Source of the DNA: an uncultured Desulfobacter sp.
GTDB lineage: Bacteria; Desulfobacterota; Desulfobacteria; Desulfobacterales; Desulfobacteraceae
Reading direction: 5' to 3'
DNA: 64,000 nucleotides
Assembly (NCBI GenBank): GCA_963665095.1
Contig: OY762069.1
Coordinates: 5,920,001-5,984,000 of the forward strand
The notes under the pieces: generated by a model
Told to the model about the DNA's origin: nothing
Database searches by the model: none
Seen by the model: the letters and a program-made list of their open reading frames with translations, nothing else
Translations under genes and position numbers: made by a program
Part shown: positions 40,152-48,831 of the stretch, piece after piece
Position numbering within the stretch: position 1 is the stretch's first letter
How the letters are laid out: the number at the start of each line of letters is the position of its first letter

Positions 40152-40769
40152 ATGGAACTCATTGAATTAAGTGCAGGAAAAAGAGAGGAAACCGGAAAGG
40201 GAGCTGCCAGGAAACTTCGCGTTGCCAATACCATTCCGGCCATTGTTTACGGAAAAAAAATTGACCCTGTCAAGGTTTCTGTAGGTGTTAATACTTTTGA
40301 TAGGGTTATAAGGGAAAACGGTACTACCGGGCTGTTCTTTGATTTGAAAATTGAGGGAGAAGCTTCAAGGATGGTGATGCTCAAAGAGATCCAGATGGAT
40401 CCTTTTGGGTTGAAATACCTGCATATTGATTTCCATGAAATTGATATGGACCAAAAAGTTACCGTGGTTGTACCTGTGGAAACTGAAGGAATTAGTGCCG
40501 GTGCCAAGGAGGGTGGTATGCTCCAGATTATCCGTCGTGAACTGGAAGTATTGTGCAAGCCCAAAGATACGCCAGAAAGCGTTGTTCTTGATATTTCCCA
40601 GCTTGATATCGGAGATGCCATCCATGTGGCAGATATTGATCTCGGGGCAGACATTGAGATTCCCTATGAAGCTAATTTTACCGTTATCACTGTTGTTCCG
40701 CCTGGAGTCAGCGGAGAAGAGGTCAGTGAGGACGAAGATGGCGAAGTCGCGGAAGCGGCTGCTGAATAA
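40152..40769 (+). CDS. rplY: 50S ribosomal protein L25/Ctc
   Basis: GKGAARKLR, IPAIVYG and HIDF motifs; prs-rplY-pth synteny. Confidence 0.95.
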   Translation: MELIELSAGKREETGKGAARKLRVANTIPAIVYGKKIDPVKVSVGVNTFDRVIRENGTTGLFFDLKIEGEASRMVMLKEIQMDPFGLKYLHIDFHEIDMDQKVTVVVPVETEGISAGAKEGGMLQIIRRELEVLCKPKDTPESVVLDISQLDIGDAIHVADIDLGADIEIPYEANFTVITVVPPGVSGEEVSEDEDGEVAEAAAE

Positions 40770-40787
40770 TCGGTTGACTGTTTTTTG

Positions 40788-40823
40788 AAAACCCTTTATG
40801 GCTTTGGAGCTGTAAAGGGTTTC
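40788..40823 (+). terminator. Hairpin after rplY
   Basis: AAACCCTTTATGGCT...AGCTGTAAAGGGTTT stem. Confidence 0.55.
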
Positions 40824-40846
40824 TTAGATTTCAAATTTTTTTTGTC

Positions 40847-41425
40847 ATGTCTGGATCAAAACGACTTTTAGCGGGGCTGGGGAATCCCGGAGATCAGTAT
40901 TCCCGGACGCGTCATAATATAGGCTTTAATGTCGTTGATACTTTGGCCGCCCGCTCCGGATGCCGTCTGGACAGAGAAAAATTTGATGCCGCTTTCACCA
41001 CTGTACGAAAGGGTTCTCAGGACCTTCTTCTGGTTAAACCCCTCTCCTTTATGAATAAAAGTGGTATTCCCATCCAGCGATTGGCGTCATTTTATAAAAT
41101 TGATCTTAAAGATATTATTGTGGTTCACGATGACATGGATCTTGCTTTTGGGCAGATTAAAATTGTTCAGGGCCGGGGGCATGGCGGACATAATGGTATC
41201 AGGTCCATAATTGATGCCTTTGGACAAAAGTCATGTGTCCGCATCCGGGTGGGTATCGGGCGACCTGATTCCGACCGTTCAGTGACCGGCCATGTTTTGG
41301 GGCAATATACACCAGATGAACAGTCAATTGTTGACCAGATTGTGGATCGTGCGTGTGAGGCCTGTCTGGCTGTGCTGGAAAAGGGGGTAGTTAAGGCCAT
41401 GAATCTTGTAAACTCTTCCCGTTAG
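40847..41425 (+). CDS. pth: Peptidyl-tRNA hydrolase
   Basis: GLGNPG, TRHNIGF, VHDDMD and GGHNG motifs. Confidence 0.97.
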   Translation: MSGSKRLLAGLGNPGDQYSRTRHNIGFNVVDTLAARSGCRLDREKFDAAFTTVRKGSQDLLLVKPLSFMNKSGIPIQRLASFYKIDLKDIIVVHDDMDLAFGQIKIVQGRGHGGHNGIRSIIDAFGQKSCVRIRVGIGRPDSDRSVTGHVLGQYTPDEQSIVDQIVDRACEACLAVLEKGVVKAMNLVNSSR

Positions 41426-41681
41426 CCTTCTTTGTGTCTGCGCTGCTACCACCCTTTCATTTTTCATTTCTTTGTAAATAGTTTTAAATTCGCATTAGGC
41501 AGAGTAGCCAATTTTTTTCTGAAGTTCGTCCTGTTTTTCCGAATAGTTGGGGTAGCTTGAAATCCTTGAGAACATTGTTTATAAAAGGAATCAGCGAATT
41601 TATTAGTTGACAATATTGTTTAGATATGGTTCTCTGCCTGAGAATGGATAACTTGTATCTACAAAATAAGGTGGGCTATAC

Positions 41682-42218
41682 ATGGGAGAGAAATCTGGAA
41701 AAATCAAGGCTAAGGCAAAAAGCAACTCAATAAAGAAAGAGTTTTCTAAGGGCGACATGGCCGTTTATCCCGCACACGGCGTTGGCTGTATTGAGTCCAT
41801 TGAGAGTCAGGAAATTAATGGGAACACCATGAATTTTTACATGATGAAAATCGTTGAAAATGGCATGACTATCATGATTCCCACATCCAATGTTGAATCT
41901 GTTGGGCTCAGAGAAGTGATCCCTGAAACCGAAATCCCTGAAGTTTACAAGGTGATGCAGGAAAAGGGTCAGAGCAGCGATAATCAGACCTGGAACCGCC
42001 GGTACAGAGAGTATATGGATAAGATTAAGACCGGGTCTATCTATGATGTAGCCGAGGTATTCAGAGATTTATTCCAGCTCAAGCTTGAAAAAGACCTCTC
42101 TTTTGGAGAAAGAAAATTGCTGGACACAGCCCAAAATCTGCTGGTCCAGGAGCTTTCCATGGCCAAGGATGTTGATGAAGACTGTATGATGAAAGAGATC
42201 GAGGGGCTTTTCAACTGA
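41682..42218 (+). CDS. carD: CarD/CdnL transcription factor
   Basis: GDMAVYPAHGVG, WNRRYR and LSFGERK motifs. Confidence 0.92.
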   Translation: MGEKSGKIKAKAKSNSIKKEFSKGDMAVYPAHGVGCIESIESQEINGNTMNFYMMKIVENGMTIMIPTSNVESVGLREVIPETEIPEVYKVMQEKGQSSDNQTWNRRYREYMDKIKTGSIYDVAEVFRDLFQLKLEKDLSFGERKLLDTAQNLLVQELSMAKDVDEDCMMKEIEGLFN

Positions 42219-42243
42219 TTGCCTGATTCTGGTAATGTAACTC

Positions 42244-42276
42244 AAACCGGCAGACAGACCGCCTGCCGGTTTTTTT
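42244..42276 (+). terminator. Intrinsic terminator after carD
   Basis: AAACCGGCAG...CTGCCGGTTTTTTT. Confidence 0.75.
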
Positions 42277-42282
42277 ATTCCC

Positions 42283-43230
42283 ATGCAGCTGAGTATAGAG
42301 ATATTACAGGAACAGGCTGGCACACGGCTGGATCAGATGGTCAGTCAGTCTGGCTTCGGCATTTCACGCAGCAGGGCGGCGCAGCTTATTTCTCAGGGCG
42401 ATATTCTGGTAAATGCTCTATCCAAACGCCCGGGGTATAAAGTAAAACCCGGTGATCTGGTGGAAGGGGATACTGGCGATTTGTCAGCAGAGGATGCCCT
42501 GCCGCTTTTGCCGGATGAACATCTGTCCCTGTCCATTATTCATGAGGACGACTATATCCTGCTGGTTGACAAGCCGGCAGGGCTGGTGGTTCACCCGGGT
42601 GCCGGGAACGTCTCAGCCACCCTGGTCAATGGGCTCCTGGCGTATTGTCCCGGATTCAGCAAACCAGGCTGGGACAGATTCCGGCCCGGAATTGTTCATC
42701 GGCTGGATAAAGATACTTCAGGGCTTATGGTCGTTGCCAAAACCCTTAAAAGTCATGAATTCCTGCAAAAGGAGTTCAAGCAAAGACGGGTTGAAAAGCA
42801 CTACCTGGCCATAGTCAGGGGGGAGAGTATCCCGGATTCAGGAATGATTGAACGCCCCATCGGGCGGCACCCCCGTCATCGCAAACGCATGGCAGTGCTG
42901 CAGGAGACTGGCAGATACGCAAAAACAGGATTCCAGGTCCTTGAGCGCTTCTGTTCCGGCGCCCTGGTAGATGTGCGCCTGTTTACCGGCAGAACCCACC
43001 AGATCCGTGTCCATTTTTACGATCAGGGCATGCCCCTGTTCGGCGACCTGACTTACCAGGAACGGCGCTTCAGAAAAGAGGCTTTCCCGGCTATTCCAAG
43101 GCAGATGCTGCATTCCTGGACGCTCTCCTTCCGTCATCCCTATTCAGGTATCCGTTGCGATTTTAAAGCCCCTGTCCCCCAGGATTTTAAAACGGCCTTG
43201 ATGCATCTGTCTGATGCATCCTTAAAATAA
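42283..43230 (+). CDS. rluD: RluA/RluD family pseudouridine synthase with S4 domain
   Basis: DKPAGLVVHP, HRLDKDTSG and TGRTHQIRVH motifs. Confidence 0.85.
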   Translation: MQLSIEILQEQAGTRLDQMVSQSGFGISRSRAAQLISQGDILVNALSKRPGYKVKPGDLVEGDTGDLSAEDALPLLPDEHLSLSIIHEDDYILLVDKPAGLVVHPGAGNVSATLVNGLLAYCPGFSKPGWDRFRPGIVHRLDKDTSGLMVVAKTLKSHEFLQKEFKQRRVEKHYLAIVRGESIPDSGMIERPIGRHPRHRKRMAVLQETGRYAKTGFQVLERFCSGALVDVRLFTGRTHQIRVHFYDQGMPLFGDLTYQERRFRKEAFPAIPRQMLHSWTLSFRHPYSGIRCDFKAPVPQDFKTALMHLSDASLK

Positions 43231-43246
43231 GTTCAAGGAAATATCG

Positions 43247-43678
43247 ATGAGTCAATATCCCCAAATGCACTCTGCTGAACACCTGCTCAACCAGACCATG
43301 GTCCGCCTGTTCGGCTGTAACCGTTGCTTTTCAGCCCATATCAACAAAAAGAAATCCAAATGCGACTACCATTTTGACAGAACGCTCACACCGGATGAGC
43401 TTCAGAATATTGAAGCAAGGGTGAATGAGGTCATTGAGAACGATCTCCCGGTAACCGTGGGGTTTATGGATCGCGAAGATGCCCTGGCATTTTTTAAGCT
43501 GGATCGAGTTCCGGAAAATGAAGAGAAAGAGCAGTTCCGGATTGTGAGCATGGGGGATTATGATGCCTGTCCATGTATTGGTGACCATGTCTCATCCACA
43601 GGGCAGATCGGGCACTTCAAAATCACCACGGCAGATTTTGACAACGGGGTGCTGCGGATTCGCTTTAAGCTTGGCTAA
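43247..43678 (+). CDS. Free-standing AlaX-like tRNA editing (SAD) domain protein
   Basis: HSAEH (HxxxH) and CIGDH (CxxxH) zinc motifs; ends LRIRFKL. Confidence 0.8.
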   Translation: MSQYPQMHSAEHLLNQTMVRLFGCNRCFSAHINKKKSKCDYHFDRTLTPDELQNIEARVNEVIENDLPVTVGFMDREDALAFFKLDRVPENEEKEQFRIVSMGDYDACPCIGDHVSSTGQIGHFKITTADFDNGVLRIRFKLG

Positions 43679-43692
43679 CCCGGAAATCCGGG

Positions 43693-44460
43693 TTAAGGCT
43701 TGTCGGACAGGTTCAAACGCCGTTGCTCCTCGGTCCAGTCAATGCGGCTTAAAAGTCCTCTGATGATTCTGACGTCCCGAGAAGACAATCCTGCATTGGA
43801 GAATATCCGCCGGTAGGTCCTCAGCAGATGATCCGGGTTCTGGGGGTCCAGATAGTCAATATCCAGAAGGGCTTTTCTCATGTGGGTAAACATGGATTCA
43901 AGTTCATCCCCCCTGGCCGGGTCCTTGATCTCAGGGTCATGGAAGTTTTTTCCGGCGTTGGAATTTAAAGCCGCCTCATAAAGAAGCACGGCCAGGGCGT
44001 GGCTTAAGTTCATGGACGGATATCCGTCATGGGTGGGAATGGTGATGAAATACTGGCACAGGTCAAGGTCTTTTGTTTCAAGACCGGTGTCTTCCGGCCC
44101 CATCACAAGTGCGCTGTGATGATCCCGTTTCTGGGCCTCAATCCGGGCACCTGCGGATGATGGTGTCAGGAATCCTTTTCTGTATTTCCCGAATCGCCGG
44201 GTAGTCCCGTAGGCGGCGTTTACATCGGACAGTGCCTCTTCCAGGGTGTCAAATATCCGGGCCTGTTCCAGAATATGAAAGGCAGACAGGGCCATCTTTT
44301 TAGCTTCAAGGGATTTATATGCCTCACAGGGGCTGACCAGGCGAAGCCGGGAGCATCCGAAATTCATCATGACCCGGCAGACAGCGCCGATGTTGATGGG
44401 ACCCTGTGGCCGGACCAGAATGACGGTCAAATGGTTCATGGCATTTTTATCTTGGCCCAT
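43693..44460 (-). CDS. trmJ: TrmJ/LasT SPOUT tRNA methyltransferase
   Basis: PINIGAVCRVMMNFG, GPEDTGL and SMNLSHA motifs. Confidence 0.85.
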   Translation of the reverse strand: MGQDKNAMNHLTVILVRPQGPINIGAVCRVMMNFGCSRLRLVSPCEAYKSLEAKKMALSAFHILEQARIFDTLEEALSDVNAAYGTTRRFGKYRKGFLTPSSAGARIEAQKRDHHSALVMGPEDTGLETKDLDLCQYFITIPTHDGYPSMNLSHALAVLLYEAALNSNAGKNFHDPEIKDPARGDELESMFTHMRKALLDIDYLDPQNPDHLLRTYRRIFSNAGLSSRDVRIIRGLLSRIDWTEEQRRLNLSDKP

Positions 44461-44465
44461 GGTGT

Positions 44466-44912
44466 TTAATCTTTTGGGGATTCTAAAATCAGGGTAACCG
44501 GTCCCTGATTAATCAGGGATACATCCATATTGGCCTGAAATTTACCGGTTTTCACAGGTACACCAAGGGCAGCTGCCCTGGCTGCGAAGAACCGGTAAAG
44601 CTGTCTGGCTGGTTCAGGCGGGGCTGCTTTGGTAAAAGAGGGGCGCCGGCCTTTGCGGCAGTCGCCCATGAGGGTGAACTGGGAGACCACCAAAAGCTCG
44701 CCTTTGACATCCAGGAGGGACTGGTTCATCTTCTGGTGGTCATCTTCAAATACCCTGAGATTGACGATCTTATCCACCAGATATTCGGCATCTTTTTCAG
44801 TATCTTCATGGGCCACGCCCAGCAGGACCACAAGTCCTGTGCCAATACTGGAAATAATGGTGTTCTCTACGGTGACATGGGCCTTCTTGGCCCGTTGAAC
44901 AACTGCTTTCAT
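44466..44912 (-). CDS. dtd: D-aminoacyl-tRNA deacylase
   Basis: MKAVVQR, VSQFTL, KGRRPSF and NQGPVT motifs. Confidence 0.96.
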   Translation of the reverse strand: MKAVVQRAKKAHVTVENTIISSIGTGLVVLLGVAHEDTEKDAEYLVDKIVNLRVFEDDHQKMNQSLLDVKGELLVVSQFTLMGDCRKGRRPSFTKAAPPEPARQLYRFFAARAAALGVPVKTGKFQANMDVSLINQGPVTLILESPKD

Positions 44913-44955
44913 TTGTTTTTTTTGCGTTACCTTTGCTGTATCAGAAGATAAAAGG

Positions 44956-45810
44956 TCAGACGTTGGTCAATACTATTGGCCTGGGCCATTGGGTGGAAAA
45001 GCCCATCTGTTCTAGTGTCTCAACCGCCCTGGATACAAACATGCCGGCCTGTTCCCTGCTGTGAGCATCATCGCCGGGAACCACGGGGATTTTTAATGCC
45101 TTTGCCTGTTCCAGAATCACCGGTGCAAGATAGGGGGCCTTTTCTTTTCGCCAGAGCGGACGCAGATTGTAATCCAGAACAAGCCCGAGCTTTCTGACCA
45201 GCGCCAGGTTGCGCTGGATTCGTTTGCGGACAGGCAGAAGTGCCATGTGTTCTTCAAAGTCAGGATCAAAGATGCGTATAAGATCGAAATGCCCAACCAC
45301 AAAGGGTTTTAACTCCATAATCATGTCGTACTGCGCATCAAAATAAGCGATGTAAAGATCCTGAACCGATCCTGCCTGACTAAGAATCTGTTCATAATCT
45401 TGAGCTGAATAATCAAAACACCTGTCGTGCACATGGTGGACAGAACCCACAATATAATCAGGCTTGAACTGCCGGATAAAGGCGCGCACCCGGTCTGCGC
45501 TGCCGGAGACAGTTTCGGTTTCAAATCCTTTGAATATCCGTATCTCCTTTTTATAAATGCTCTGCAACCGGTCAAGTTCCTTGAAATAGAGAGCAAACCT
45601 TACTTCAAGGTCTTTAAGTGTCAGCCCGTTTTTAATCTCGTCCGGATAGAGAAATTTCTCTTCGGGCGGAGGCATATGTTCGCTGATCCCCACCGCTTTA
45701 AAGCCTTTGGCAATATACGCCTGGACGAGGTCTTCGAGCCGGTCTTCGGCATGGCAGCAGAACTGCCCTGAATGACCGCCATGAAGGGATATTAGTCTGG
45801 ATTTAATCAT
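44956..45810 (-). CDS. HisJ/HisK family PHP phosphatase (histidinol-phosphatase-like)
   Basis: HGGHS...CCHA, SEH, GSVHH, GHFDL and GDDAH motifs. Confidence 0.85.
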   Translation of the reverse strand: MIKSRLISLHGGHSGQFCCHAEDRLEDLVQAYIAKGFKAVGISEHMPPPEEKFLYPDEIKNGLTLKDLEVRFALYFKELDRLQSIYKKEIRIFKGFETETVSGSADRVRAFIRQFKPDYIVGSVHHVHDRCFDYSAQDYEQILSQAGSVQDLYIAYFDAQYDMIMELKPFVVGHFDLIRIFDPDFEEHMALLPVRKRIQRNLALVRKLGLVLDYNLRPLWRKEKAPYLAPVILEQAKALKIPVVPGDDAHSREQAGMFVSRAVETLEQMGFSTQWPRPIVLTNV

Positions 45811-45909
45811 GGCCGGACTCTACCACCAAGCCGGGTTAAAAATCAAGGGGGGCAGGACAACGCGTGTAAGTCCAGGCTTTGTGAGCTTCACGTTGATTTT
45901 GCATAGCAG

Positions 45910-47223
45910 CTAAAGCCGTTGAATAATATACAGAAACATGGGCAGCCGGCTTTTAGTTTTGAGGTAGTAGAAATCAAACAACACCTCCCTGGATGGCCGG
46001 CCAAACCGCAAGGGAGAAAGATATACCGTTCCTTTGGGCTGGACAAAGGGCAGTTTTTCCCGAACAAGCGCCATCATGGAGGCCGCATGACCTTTTGGAA
46101 GATTTTCATCCATGATGAAATTGCAGGAGATCTCCACCCGGCTGAATTTTTTGTTGATCTGCAGCATTCTGTCAAAGGCTGCCATCACTTTCTTAGATGT
46201 CAAAGGTTTACCAATAAGGTCTAAGGTCTCCTGGTCGGCTGATTCAAGGCCAATATTGATAAAGGTCTGGTATGGGGAAGCCTCAAGGGCTGTAAAAAGC
46301 CGGTCTTCGGCATTGAGCAGGGCGTCTGCCGATCCGAAAAGATAAAGACATGGGCTCTTCATAACACTCTTGTCCAGCTCAAGGATTTTATAAGCATTGT
46401 CAGCCGTGTAAAGAATCAGATCTGCCGGGGCGTTAAGCGCATCATGCTCTCCGAGATACAGGGCGTTGTAGTTAACCAGGTCGTCTGCGTACAAAATCTT
46501 TAACTGGGCCAGCTGTCTGTCTATGTCCTGTGGGGTTCTCGGGGTAAAGGGTTTTTTGTTTTTCACCTTGCAGAACCGGCATTTGTAGAGGCAGCCGTCA
46601 CTGATGGTGACCGGCAGCACATCATAGTCCGAATGCCGGGCATCCGGCGGCAGTACCGTCACCCGGGCTCCTGAAATATCAAAGAGAGCCTGTGCCTTTT
46701 GTTCAAGAGCTTCCGGACGGTTTGACAACACCTGCCTGCACCATTGGGCCGCAGATTCAGGCATATCCGGCCGGGGCAGGTCAAGCCCGGCCAGGGTCGG
46801 TTGCCACTGTTGGCAAAATTTCAGAATTTCAGGATCGTTGAAGGGTTTGCCCCCTAAAAGGGAGTTGGTGGTGTACATCAGATTGGGCAGGTAGTATTCT
46901 CCAATGGCTTCAACCACCCCGGCGTAGCCGCCCGTGGAGTAGTAAATCCAGTCATTGCCCTTTGTGCGTTTGAGCCATTCCTGGGGATCGGGCCATCGCT
47001 TGCCTTTACCCTTTGCATGGCGGATTTCCCCGTTGAGGTCAAACTCCATGATCCAGTCATGGGTGGTAAGCCTGGAAAACCTGCCATACCTTACCGGATA
47101 GGATACCTTGGTGTATTCCACAGATCCAGTAATGTTCAATTCAATGGTGAGATCCTCTCCTGAATAGGTTATCGGGGGCGGGAAACGGTTTGAATGATTA
47201 AGATTTTGCGCCTGTTCTGTCAT
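45910..47223 (-). CDS. Radical SAM protein of unknown function with long N-terminal domain
   Basis: GCLYKCRFC (CxxxCxxC) and IGLES motifs. Confidence 0.85.
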   Translation of the reverse strand: MTEQAQNLNHSNRFPPPITYSGEDLTIELNITGSVEYTKVSYPVRYGRFSRLTTHDWIMEFDLNGEIRHAKGKGKRWPDPQEWLKRTKGNDWIYYSTGGYAGVVEAIGEYYLPNLMYTTNSLLGGKPFNDPEILKFCQQWQPTLAGLDLPRPDMPESAAQWCRQVLSNRPEALEQKAQALFDISGARVTVLPPDARHSDYDVLPVTISDGCLYKCRFCKVKNKKPFTPRTPQDIDRQLAQLKILYADDLVNYNALYLGEHDALNAPADLILYTADNAYKILELDKSVMKSPCLYLFGSADALLNAEDRLFTALEASPYQTFINIGLESADQETLDLIGKPLTSKKVMAAFDRMLQINKKFSRVEISCNFIMDENLPKGHAASMMALVREKLPFVQPKGTVYLSPLRFGRPSREVLFDFYYLKTKSRLPMFLYIIQRL

Positions 47224-47525
47224 TGTTTTAATATGCCCCGTACCGGGGCAGCCTTTTGGGTGCGCTTAAGTAGACCGGAACAGTGACCCATCCCGACCAG
47301 AAGCGTTTTAACAACAGGGCCGGGCCTTTGGCAATGTTTTTTTGAATTTTTTGGACCGGCTGTGGTAATGTTGCCCGTGAATGGTATCAGTCAGCAGCTC
47401 GTCTGCTGCCATGCTCCGGCAACAGAAAGAGAAGCCCTATGATTAAACGGTACAGAGCCGCATGCAGTCGGGTCAATGCCTGGAAAGTTTTAACGTCTTT
47501 TTAATACTTGGAGTAGATAGCTTGC

Positions 47526-48626
47526 ATGGAGATATTATTTCTTGAACCTTTTTATGCAGGTTCGCATAAAGCGGTGGCAGATGGATTTGCAACCCATTCC
47601 AGTCATCGGGTCCATATTCTTACCCTTCCGGCCCGTTTCTGGAAGTGGCGGATGCGCGGCGCGTCACTCTTCTTCATCCGTCAGGTGAAACATTTGTCTG
47701 ATTACGACCTTGTGCTTGCCACAGACATGGTGGATATCACCGATTTCAAAGCCCTGGCCGGAAAGGATTGCCCGCCCATTGCCCTGTATTTTCATGAAAA
47801 TCAGCTTAGTTATCCGTTGTCCCCGGGTGAAAGAAGAGATTTCCACCTGGGGTTTACCAATATCATTTCAGCACTGGCCGCAGACCGGGTGTTTTTTAAT
47901 TCCCATTTTCATAGGGATGATTTTTTAACCGCGGCCCACAGTCTGATTCAAAGGATGCCGGACTGTCGTCCCGGGTGGATGCTGGATAAAATTAAAAAGA
48001 AATCCTTTGTGCTCTATCCGGGAATAGGCATAAAGCCGGGTCCGACCCCTTTTCCGGCAGAGCATGAAAAGGCTCTCAGGTTCCCCCTGGTGGTCTGGAA
48101 TCATCGGTGGGAGCACGATAAAAATCCAAAGATGTTTTTTAATGTACTGGAAAAAATAAAGAAAAAAGGTATTGGCTTTTATCTGGCAATAATGGGTGAA
48201 AAGTATGATACCGTGCCTTCTGAGTTTGATACGGCCCCGGAACGGTTCAGGGATGAACTGGTAGTTTTTGGATACCAGGAGAACATTGACGATTACCTAA
48301 CCTGGTTGCATAAGGGCACGGTTCTGGTCAGTACAGCCGTTCAGGAAAATTTCGGAATCTCTGTGATGGAGGCAGTTGCCTGCGGCTGTTTTCCATTACT
48401 GCCTGACCGCCTGTCATATCCGGAACTGTTTCCGCCGCCTTACCGCCCTGATGTTATTTTTAAAAACGAGACCGATCTCCAGGCACGGCTTGAACAGGTT
48501 TTAACCCGGCCGGAAGCGTTTTATGAGAGGCGTCTGGCCCTGACCCGTTATGCTGAAAAATTTTCCTGGGATATAGTGGCAGGGCAATGGGACAGGATGC
48601 TGACTCAGTTACCCACCACGGCGTGA
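47526..48626 (+). CDS. DUF3524/GTDC1-like GT-B glycosyltransferase
   Basis: EPFYAGSH, WKWRMRG, YFHENQ, WNHRWEHDK and ENFGISVMEA motifs. Confidence 0.85.
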   Translation: MEILFLEPFYAGSHKAVADGFATHSSHRVHILTLPARFWKWRMRGASLFFIRQVKHLSDYDLVLATDMVDITDFKALAGKDCPPIALYFHENQLSYPLSPGERRDFHLGFTNIISALAADRVFFNSHFHRDDFLTAAHSLIQRMPDCRPGWMLDKIKKKSFVLYPGIGIKPGPTPFPAEHEKALRFPLVVWNHRWEHDKNPKMFFNVLEKIKKKGIGFYLAIMGEKYDTVPSEFDTAPERFRDELVVFGYQENIDDYLTWLHKGTVLVSTAVQENFGISVMEAVACGCFPLLPDRLSYPELFPPPYRPDVIFKNETDLQARLEQVLTRPEAFYERRLALTRYAEKFSWDIVAGQWDRMLTQLPTTA

Positions 48627-48831
48627 AAAGCGTTTTGTTTGTTGCCATATCATTATAAATCTGTATGTCCGCAGGTGTAATTGTCCCACATCTGGCAGTA
48701 ATCCCAAAACAGGTAAATTATTTGGGAGATCTGGTTGACATTTTTATCCCTAAAAGTCTATACAGAAGTGAAATTTCCATTATTTTTGAACCGGCGGAAT
48801 AATACTGAAACCAATAAAGGAGCCAGGAGTA

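Noticed and set aside
47230..47520. ncRNA (SRP/6S-like) in the radical SAM-glycosyltransferase gap
   Set aside because: Only short hairpins; no diagnostic motif.
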